A stretch of 64,000 nt of DNA from an uncultured archaeon (GTDB lineage: Archaea > Asgardarchaeota > Thorarchaeia > Thorarchaeales > Thorarchaeaceae), in assembly GCA_964610875.1 (NCBI GenBank), contig CAZSWP010000014.1, positions 16,863 through 80,862 on the forward strand. The letters are read 5' to 3'. The position numbers and the translations under genes were made by a program. The notes under the pieces were generated by a model, which worked only from the letters and a program-made list of their open reading frames with translations, did not search any database and was not told where the DNA came from. Each line of letters opens with the position of its first letter. Position 1 is the stretch's first letter. Of this stretch, positions 11,501 to 23,500 are shown one piece after another.

Positions 11501-14500
11501 TCTCTCAATACAGCTGGTATATGGGGCGTGTACGAACTACAATTCCAGAGTTGGAACTATGTTGAGAATGCACTACTGGGTCACACTGGACTCTCACTTG
11601 CAGAAACGGACACTTATGACATTGGCGACTCGATGAAAGTGAAAGTTACAACTCCATGGATTACAGATGCGCGGGTTGGAATGATTCTAACAGACCCATC
11701 TGGCACTGAATGGTATACTGCTTTCAACACCACTACTGGTTCGGCATCTCACGAGATTCCCTCTTTCAAGTACAGGAAGACCATAACAGTGGAATCCGAT
11801 TATGTAGCTGCAGACGTCGATAATTTTCCATTCTTCATCAGTATTCTTGATACAGATCTCTTTGATACCAGTAAGGTTCAATCAGATGGTGATGACATCC
11901 TATTCATTCAGAACGGTCAAATACTATCACACGAGATTACGTCGTTTATTCAGAATTTCGATGGTTCTCGGGCAAGACTTCAAGCTTGGATTGCAGCGAA
12001 TCTCTCTAGTACTGTAGACACACCAATAACAATGTACTATGGGAATCCTGTTGTTGGGTCTCAGGAGAGTGTTGGTAATCTCTGGTCAGAGCCATCCTAC
12101 GAGGGTGTTTGGCATTTGGAAGAAGCTGCAACTGCTGGACAAACATCAGCAATTCATTATGACTCCACGACAACAGATGCAGATGGTAATCAGAATGGAA
12201 ATGCAAGGAATACAGGTAGAGCAGGATATGCTCAACAGTTTGATGGTACAAATGACCAGATTGTTGTCAATGCTTCATTAGGTCCTAGTCCCCCTGCTGA
12301 TGCAACAATCTCTGGTTGGTTCCGTCTTGACAACTCCTTCAATGATCTCTCATCAACATCACAATTGATTGTTTCAAAATACTACTCTGATTATCACGAT
12401 ATGCACATAGCTCTTGTGGGGCAGGACTATGGAGGTTCTAATGCTGAATACGGTGCATTGGGCTTTAAAGTTGAAAACGACCCGAATTGGCTATACAAAT
12501 ACACTACAATCACATCATGGGCAGCAAATACATGGTATCATTTTGCATGCTTTATTGATTCCGATAATCCTTCTAATCACAAAATCTACATTGATGGTGT
12601 CGATCGAACAAGCACAACATCTGGAGGTTCATCTTCATATGCAAATATCTCCTATGCTGGTGATTTGCAATTTGGAGGTGGAGTTGCTGATTCTCAAGTT
12701 GATAATAGATGGCTAGATGGTAGAATGGATGAGATGCGTATATCATCTACATCTAGGTCAACTGGATGGCTCAGAACAGAGTATCTGAATCTGTATAATC
12801 TTAATTCATTCGTTTCGGTAGGATCTGAAAACCAACGAACATCTCCCGAAGCCACATTCACAAAGACAATTACTAGTGATTACAATGCTGGTCTTTGGAC
12901 TCTAACCACATATTTCAACGATACAGGAACAACTGTCACAAATGCAACTGGAATATATGAACGGAATTTCATTGTTCAACATGATAGCAGCCTTTCGCTT
13001 ATTTCCCCGACAGATGCAATTTCTGACAAAGTTGCAGTTGAAGTTGCAGGCAATCAGTTGATGCTCGAAGTTGAGCTAACCGATGATGTTACTTCCAATG
13101 GAATTACAGGAGCAGAGGTCACTATCAACTGGACGGTATCAGATGTTGCTACTGAAGTCACTCTAGATGAATACGATGATGGGCGATATGGAAAAGTCCT
13201 TGATACGGACGATTTGGGTCATAACCAAAGATGGAGAATCAATATCGGATCATATCATCCTTACTACAATAACGCAACAGATTATTTCGATCTTGATTTG
13301 TATCACGAAACCAAATTGACATACAAGCATGTTGAAACAACGCCTACTGGGTTTGACTTCACTGCAACCCTTGTGTATTGGGATGTATATGACAATGTAC
13401 CAATAACAGGCGCATCCATTTCATTTGATAATGGTACGGCTATTACTCCGGATGCTGAAGGCAGTGGTGAATACAATATCTCACTGAGTAGTAGTAGTTA
13501 CAATTATGGCGACCATATTTTCACATTCAATGCAACCAAGTCTTCGTCTTATCTTTTGGTAGGACAGTCTGATGTGATATTTACACTAAGGAAGCACTAT
13601 ACTGCTGTTTCTGTTACGGGTGATCTTCTAACACCGTATGGTGAAACGACAGAGCTAACTATTATTCTGATTGACTTGGACACAGGTACATCTGTACCGA
13701 TAGGTGATGTTGCATCCTTTACATTTACACCTGATGTTGAAACATCTGAGGGTGAAACTAGTCCAATCAGTGATTATATCTATACAATGGGGACTGATGA
13801 TTGGTCTGTTAAGACAGAGGGAGTTACACTATCTGTGTCATTAGCTGGTTCGCAGTATTATGACCCAGATGATTATAGTTTTGATATAACAATAAGAAAA
13901 CACTACACAGCACTATCTATCAATGCGAATCTAACAACTCCCTACGGATTTACAACTGATATCTCCGTTATATTGATAGACTTGGACACAGGCGGAACTG
14001 TTGCAATTGGAAATGTGTATAACATTACTTTCGACCCAACTGGTTATGGCTCCGATTCAGAAACAGATCCTATACCTGATTATGATTTCACTCTTGCTAC
14101 AAGCTCGTGGTCAGTAGGAACAGTGAGTGTCACACTGATAGTAGATATGACCGGCTCTATCTATAATAACCCCGATGACTATGTCTTTGAGATTATCATA
14201 CGAAAACGTATGACATCAATGTCGGTTAGTGGTGATTTTGTCACTCCTTTTGGCGAGAGCACCGATGTTACTGTGACGATTACAGACTTGGACACTGGTT
14301 CCACTGTAACGATTGGAAATGTGTATAACATTACTTTCGACCCAACTGGTTACACTTCCTATTCAGAAACGGATCCTATATCCGATTATGAATTTACACT
14401 TGACACGAGCTCGTGGTCAGTAGGAACAGTGAGTGTCACACTGATAGTAGATATGACAGGTTCGAATTACGATAGTCCCGATAACTATGTCTTCTCAATA

Positions 14501-17500
14501 CAAATCAGAAAACACTATACTTCAGTGACGGTTATTGGCAACCTCACAACTCCACATGGATTCACAACAGATCTAACTGTTATCCTGACTGACTTGGACA
14601 CTGGTTCCACTGTAACGATTGGAAATGTGTATAACATTACTTTCGACCCAACTGGTTACACTTCCTATTCAGAAACGGATCCTATATCCGATTATGAATT
14701 TACACTTGACACGAGCTCGTGGTCAGTAGGAACAGTGAGTGTCATACTAATTGTTGATATGGCTGGATCTGACTATGTAAATCCAACAAATTATGCATTT
14801 AACATTATTATTCGTAAACACTTTACATCAGTGAGTATTTCTGGAGATTTCATAACTCCATTTGGAGAGAATACAACTGTTACCATATCGCTCATTGATA
14901 CTGACACTGGCGGAACTGTAGCGACAACAGATGTCGTATCTTGGACATTTACACCAGATTCCAATCCTGTCAATTCAGAATCTTCTCCATCTGATTACGA
15001 ATTCGAACTGGACACTGATGGCTGGGTTGTTTCTACCGATTCAATTACTTTCTCAGTAGACCTTTCAGGCTCTATCTATATTGACCCTGATGACTTTGTA
15101 TTCTCTGTCACTATCCGAAAGCATTACACTTCAGTTACTGTTACAGGTGACTTGACAACTCCATATGGTAATGATACCACAGTTACAGTCGTCATTACAG
15201 ACCTTGATACTGCGACAACAATTGGCTTTGGAGCTGTTAACTATCTAAACTTCACATGGACTGGAGGCTATAATGATACAGCATCAGCACTCATGACGGT
15301 TCTACAGACTAATACTTGGAATGTTGGCTCAACGACAGTGACACTTGATGTGTCAATGATCGGGTCTAACTATTTTGACCCAACAGATTACGACTTTTCA
15401 GTAACAATTACCCCATTAGAAATCACACTCTATCATGAACCTACTGATTTGATATTCCCACAAGAAGATGATTTTGAACTAGTCCTTAGAGTTAATGTCA
15501 GCGAACCTGGTCAGTACCATGGTGATATTGTACCTGATCTAGTGCAAGCAGAATTCACAGTACGAAATAGCACATACACTTACACAATCACACTCTATGA
15601 AATCGGTACCAGCACTGGTAGATATAATCTAACTATCAGCTGGGTTAACAATTTCTTTGAGGGTGACTATACAATAACTATCAGAGTCAATCCTGTTGAC
15701 TCAAGATACAAATCTGATTCTTTAGTTGTCACCTTCAACTATCGACCTGCACGAAGCGAATTATCTTCTCCCGACCGTGCTGCTGTAACACCATTTGAAA
15801 CAAACTACACGATATCTCTCAACTTCACAGATATTGACCGAGATAGTGGTATCTCGGGAGCCACAATTACAATCGATGGAGTTACCAGTTATGTCGTCTA
15901 TGATTTAGGTGGAGGTCTCTACGAAGTTTCAATCAATGTTGATGGCATGTCCAAAGGCGAACATCTCTATGATGTTACTGCTGATGCTGATGGATACGAG
16001 GCGCAGACTATTGAATTCAAGGTCATAATACGTATTGCTTACACCTATGCTATCCCAACTACTGGAGCGTTAGATGTACCTGTTGGCAATTCGCCTGTAT
16101 TCTATGTCGATTATTGGGACATCGACCATGATGAAGCAGTTACTGGAGCTACTGTCACAGATAACTGGACTGCACGTGTAGATATTGCATGGACTGGTTC
16201 GAGGTATAAAGTTACATTCAATGTCCCCGATAACACAACGCTTGGAACCTATCTCGTGATGTTCACCTTCTCCAAGGGTGAGAACTATCAGGAAGGACAA
16301 TTCAATATCTCTGTAGTTGTCCGAACTCACAATACAGATTTCCGACTCGTAAGCGCGATTGAACCCACAAGCTTCAATGGTCAAATCAATATCTCTGTAT
16401 TCTATGGGGATCTTGACAGTGGAGGCGCTGGTATCGCTGCAAGCAATGTGACTCATGCTGTATGGAATGGAACAAATTGGGTTACTTCATCATTTGAGAA
16501 TGATACAAGCCTAGGTGTGGGATATTATCTGATAGCAATTCCTGCATCACAATTTGGAGGACTCGGGCTTCAAAACTTCACAGTTTACTTCAATTGGACT
16601 GGTTCAGTATACAAATATCAAAACAAGACCCTGATTGCATCAGTGAATATAATTGGAGAAGACTCCAAGCTAACACTTCTCCTATCCTCTGAACCAACAC
16701 CGTACTTGGATAATATGACATACACCTTCTTCTATGCTGAACTCTATAGTGGTGATGGCATCACTAATACTAGTAGTCCGTATGGAGATGGCAATGTTCA
16801 CATCTCTGTGAGTTTCCAAGGTCTCTCGGTTGACCTATCACAAGTTGATATCTGGGAGATAGATTCTACAAACAATCCTGGAGAATACAGAATCCGATTC
16901 GACACTGAGATATTTTCGGATATTGGTGTCATATACATGAACGTATTCATCAATTGGTCTAAGGGTGTAGAACCCTTCTACACAAATCGGACTGATACGA
17001 TAACTGTGAGAATTCTCGCAAGAGATACGCAGTTAGCTGTTGTGCCTGCATCAGCCACTCCTTACGCTGAAAACGCAACCTTCTCCTTTACATTTGAGGA
17101 TTCGTTATTGAATACAGAGATAGCGAATGCTAGCAATATGATGATCACACTGAGCTTATCATATTATAATCTGACCTATAATGAAACCACGTTAGTATTC
17201 ACGGTTTACTTCAATACGAGCCAATTTGGCGAAACAATTGGTCAGAAGTCATTTACGTTGGGAGTGGAATGGGTTGGAGCACCCTTCTATGCAAATAAGA
17301 CTGGTAGGATTCTCTATGTTACAGTTACAACACGTGACACCGTTGTTGATTTCCAAGCTCCTGCTCCCACACCATATTTGAACAATGTGACTTTCACAGT
17401 GACTTGGACTGATGTAACTGGTGCCTCGACATCAGGTATTGAACTGGCATCTCTGATTCTTTATGATGGTGTAACTGCAATCGATACTATCTATTATAAT

Positions 17501-20500
17501 GTCACTGAAATTGGGAATGGTGAATATAGCATCGAATTCAATACCACATATTATACCACACCTGGAACTTACTCCCTAAAACTTGAAATTTCGTCAACTA
17601 AAGTCTATTACGCGACTAAGACTACTACTCGAGATTTGATTGTTCAATTTAGGAATTCTATATTGACAACAGACCCCATTGCAGATGTTGCATATAATTC
17701 TTCAATTATCATACAGGCATACTTCCAAGACTCCTTGACAGGCGCGAACATTGTCAACAATTCCGACATTGTTTTCACAATTGAAACCGGCAGTAACTGG
17801 ATATTCACATGTGAATGGCAGCCTTCTCTGGAGTATTACCTCATAACCATAGAAACCTATAATCAAGCTGGACTTGAGATTGGTGTTGATTATAATCTCC
17901 GATTAAGAATGACCTACGCATATCAGAGTCCCTTCTATGACTATGATGACGTAATTGTAACATATGAGATTAGGTACAGAGATTCAACTCTCGATAGAGT
18001 ACAATCTCCAGTACAGACACCTTACCTTGACACTATTACATTCTCTGTGCTTTACACTGATGCAGATGGAAACTCAGGGATTACAGGTGCAACTATTTAC
18101 ATCTCAGAAGGTGGCACCTTACTTACCTCCGGAGTCGATTATACATTTAGTGATGATCTCGATGGATATTATACAATAAATGTTGACACCACAGCACTTG
18201 ATGGTCTAGGAAGTACAAATGTCAGAATCTATGCAAACTGGACTGGCACTCCCTACCACGACAACGCCTCACTCAGCATTAATCTTGTAGTCACTCGACG
18301 TGTCACAGATATTGTCGTCGTGTCTACACCAAGTAGAACTAGCTATAATGAGAATGTTACTTTTGTAGTAACATTCAATGATCTGGGAACTGGAAGTACT
18401 TTATCAGTAACAAAGAATTTACTAACACTGTATATAGGCACATCAAGTCTGTTCTCCAGTGACTGGTCCTTTACCGAGATTTCTACTGATACATATGAGG
18501 TTCAAGTACTCTCAACAAAATTGACAACTGTTCTCGCCTCCGGGTTGAATGTAACACTACATGTTGATTGGCCGGATTCACCAAACTACTATCAAGATGA
18601 TTCCACATCTGTTTCAGTAACTATCATAGCTAGAACTACTGCAGTCACGATAGAGCGACCTGCAAGTACAGCTTATGGTGAGAATGCAACCCTTGAATTG
18701 ACATTTATTGATACAACTGAAACCCCTGAAGAAGTAATTGACTCTCCATTAGTTGATAGATCAACAAATCTAACCGAAACACCAACTTGGACTTATTCTG
18801 CTGGAACTGGAATCTGGACCCTGTCCTTTGACACTGCACAATTTGGTGAAATTGGAGAAATGGTATTTCACATCAATGTGACATGGGTAGGTTCACCATT
18901 CTATGCGAACAAAACCCTACGAATTGTATACGTCGTAATTATAGAACGCCAAACACAGGTTGAGTTTGATTCTCCCACACCAACTCCATATGGCGACAAT
19001 GTCAATTTCACGATTGAATATATTGATATTGCTGGTGCTACTGATACTGGTATTGATGATGCTACACTCACTCTATATTACCTTGGCAGTCCAATCAACT
19101 CACTATATTATGATTATACAAAGCAAGGTAATGGAGTTTTTGAAGTCGAATTCAATTCAAGTTTCTTCGCAAATCCTGACTCTTACGATTTAAACGTGAG
19201 TCTTGTATATGATGGCTTAGGATACAAAGCGGATGGTTATGCTATCAGATCTCTTCGTGTACTATATCGTAGTACTTTAGCTTCTGCTGAACCAGCTGGG
19301 AGTATTGGATATGCGACCATATTTACTATCGAAGTGTCATTCATTGATTCATTGACACTTGCTGTGGTAGGTAATGGGTCGGGTTATGTGACTTTCACAA
19401 TTACTAATAACACAGAAACATGGGAGTTCAATATCACTTGGAATGGTGCGGATGAAACTTATACACTCTCTGTGGATACTGACGGCCATCCTGGTTTGGA
19501 ACTGAATAAACCATATCGCCTTTACTTTGAGATGTCTTATGATAATGTTGTTCCATTCTATCGATCTGATGATTCATATATCTCATTCACAATCAGACAA
19601 AGGACTTCAATATTGGATATTACGGAACCGCCGACTCCTACTTCGTATCTTGAATTTGCTGAGGTCACAATCTATTATCTCGATACAGATGAAAATCAAG
19701 GGATAAGTGGTTCATCAATTGTCGTATCCACAACTGTTCCTCTAACATTGAATGTAGACTATTTTGTCACTCCCGGTGATCCGGGATACTATCTCATTCA
19801 ACTAAACACTTCAGTATGGGGTGCACTTGGATCGTTCACAGTCACTATCACTATTACTGGTGATTGGTCTGATGCTATAGCTCCATATCATGCTGATGCA
19901 AGTAGAAATACGACCATTAGAGTGATTCGAAGAACAACAAATGTCGAGATTCTTTCTCCACCTTCAAACACAATGTATCTAGATAATCTTACTCTTACAT
20001 TTGAGTACGTTGACACAACGAATTTTGATAGTCCAATGCCAATTTCAATAACAAGTGATGATATCGTTATATATGCAGATGGTGCCCCACTTGGACCTAC
20101 AGACTTTGTATTAACTCCCTTTGGTTCTGCTTTCATATTAAACATTAATTCCACTGTTTTTGGTGAGTTCTTGGTTACAAATCTAAATCTGACAATAGTC
20201 GTTGATTGGGACGATGGGACTTCGCCGTTCTATGAGGATGACCAAACCTATATTCGTGTTTCCACTACAAAACGAAATTTGGCAATAACACTCGGACAAA
20301 TCGAAACAACTCCTTATGGAGATAATATGACTATCGAATTCACTGTTGAGGATAGCAATAGACTATCCGGTGTAGGTGATTTGATAATTCTCTTTGAGTG
20401 TACTAACTTAACACTCATAGAAGGGTTCAATTTCTGGATCACAGAAGGAACTGGAGTGAATGAGGGTCTTTACACAATCAATGTTGACACTGGTCAATTT

Positions 20501-23500
20501 CTAGGTGATGTTGGTAATTATCAGTATACACTTAGAGTCCAATGGAATCAATCCCAGGTGCCATTCTATAGAAACCTAACAGCAATTACCCTAACTGGCT
20601 CAGTTGATCTCATATGGACAAATCTACAGAACGATTTACCTGATCCATCTCCTGTTCAATATACTGGCAACGTGTCTATTCTAGTGTACTTCACTGACCT
20701 TGACCACGAACAAGTTGGAATTGATGTAGCGAATACAACATTTACAGTTGTTTATGTTTCATCTGGAATAGCACCAGAACAGCTTAGAATTAATCCATTA
20801 GGCAATGGAGTATACAATATATCTTTCAGCACAGAAAACCTACCTGGTGTTGGTTCAGTGCGTCTGAATATTACAGTAGATTCATTCCCATATGAACCGA
20901 TTAGCATCACGCCGTCACTAACAATCTCAGCAATCCAGACAACTCTTGAACCTCTCGAAGCAACCATTCAGCTAAGTTGGACAGAACTGGCGGACATAAC
21001 TTTTTACTACTTGGATAATCTGCATGATAATTTGACCGTTGGGGCTGAGCTGAAGTATAATTGGATTGGTGGTGATGGTGTCTTAGTTGAAACTTCTCCC
21101 GGTGTATACGAAATAAGCATTGATACAGCTCTTGCTGATGCTGGCACAAGGGTCATAACTTTCAATGCAACGAAAGATAATTTTCAATTTGCCATCGCCA
21201 CAATTACATTAGTTGTAGCAACTCTTCCTTCTGATATAGATGCAATTGTACCTTCAAGCCTGGTTGAAGATATCAACAGAGGTTCTCCAGTTGTGGTTAC
21301 TCTATATCTAAATGATACTTTCAACAATGCAGCAATAGACGACGAGTATGTCAACGAAGTAAAAATCTCCTTCATAACAGGAACATTCTATCTCTCATAT
21401 ACTGGTACTGCAGGAATCTATAATGGTAGTATACCTGGTGATAGTACTATTCTTTCACCTGGCTTCTACAGTGTGATTATCACATGCACATACAGGAACT
21501 ACAATCCCGCGAGTTATCAGTTCAAGATCAACTTAAAGGAAACACCAACAGTTCTTAGCTCTTCCAGATACGGCAATGCAACCGCTCTTGAAACAGTATT
21601 CTCTACTCAGTTCAATCTTACTCTGGCTCTTGAAGCACCTACTATCGATTATATCATTACAGATGGGATAGTGAACTGGACCATTCCACAGCTTAAGATA
21701 TCTGGTGATTTCATTAATCTCGGGAACGGATCTTATGTTGCAACATTCAATACTACAGGGATGTTCTTTGGTGTCTGGGCTGTGACAGTTCGAGCTTATC
21801 CTGACAACAAGACGTTAGCTGAAACCGTAAGAGGATTCACGCTCACTATCAATCAGATTACTACAATTACTATTCGTGAAGTAATTCCTGATAGGTACTG
21901 GGGTTGGGTTGGTAATGTATCTGTACAATATTACGATATATCATTCGAGCGTGGTATCGGAGGAGCGAATGTTACCTATACCTGGGAAGGAGGAAGCGAC
22001 CTGTCCTATGACCTTGGAAATGGTACCTATCTCATTCCAATCTATAGTAACTCGGTGTTACCAGATAGTTATAACATCAAGATAACTTTCACCAAGGAGA
22101 ACCATCAAGTTGGTACTGCGACTATATCTATAATCATTCGTCCTGTACCTACCGAACTCATTGCAACCGCTCCATCAATGAATTACATACCTGATTCAAC
22201 TACGAGCCTAGAACTTCCAATAAATGAAACAGTAACAATAACATTATACTATAATGACACAGATAATTCCGACGGATATATTGGAGGTCTGGAAGGAGCT
22301 AATTTTGGTAGTTCAGTCATCAGTTCAGACCTTGGAACTGCTTTTGTAATTCCACTTTCAATCGAAGTATCAGAGATTGGTGATGGCTATTATGAATTCA
22401 GCTTTGATACAAACCTAGTAAGATTCAATGTCAAAATAGGATATTCATACACAATTACTTTCATCGTTAATCTGGCTAATAGAACAAGAAGTGTAGCACT
22501 GATGAAAGTAAAAGTTATTGAAATGCCTACAGTGATTGAGATTATTCAACAAGACATTAACATCATGTACGGGGAAATTGGAGAAATTTGGCTAAACTAT
22601 ACGAATGGATGGCCAGCATATGAAGGACAACCTATCAGAAATGCAAATCTCTCTCTAGATTATGCAAGTCAATTCCTTACATTTTCCAATCCAGAAGAAC
22701 GTAGTCCGGGAATATACGTCATTCAATATACCGCAGGATCTAGTTTTGTGCCATCGGATTACGCAATACCAATAGAGGTTCAACTAAATATCACAAATCA
22801 TGAAATCAAAACTTTGAGTTTCATAATTATTGTTGCGCCCACACCTGAGGCACAGACATTGTACAATAGTACAATTCTAGGTACACCAATTCTGCTGTTC
22901 ATTCTAATACTTGTTGGACTATGGATAAAGGTCTGGAGTGTCCCCAAAAAGCTGAGGCAGATCAATGGACAGATCAAACAACTAAGGAAAGGAAAGATTC
23001 CAAAACCAATCGATGATGCCAAACCGAGAGAAGCTCTGGTCGCTGAGTTGTTCAACGACACCTATGAAGATTACAGAGTTGGAGATAAAGTCATAACACG
23101 AAAACCAGATCAAATGCCTTCCGAAGCTGTTGCCGTGGAAGTACCAGAAATGGGCGAGTTACTTATACAACTCTCTATTCTCACAAACCTTTCACCTGAA
23201 GAGCTTGATGAGTTCAAGGCTGATATTTCTAAGATGAAAATCAGTGAACAGGCTGCATTTGTGAAAGAAGTCATCATGCAAGAAGCTATTCGTGCGGCTC
23301 GTCGTGAAAACAAGACCGTTGAAGATATCATAGAAGATATCGAACATCAAGCAAGAGTTCAGCTGAGTGGCGAGGATATCGAAAGGGTTGATAGAACAAA
23401 AGCACCTACTGAGGAAGAACCAATCCTTCTCCTTGATGATGAGGTAACTGAAGAGGTCACTCCCATTGATGAAGAAGAGGAGATTTCTGAAAGCGCTCGT

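Noticed and set aside
13979-14760. Direct repeats as a CRISPR array or a DGR template/variable repeat pair
   Set aside because: The repeats are in-frame 306-bp coding units with no spacer pattern, differences are not adenine-specific, and there is no reverse transcriptase or cas gene in the window.
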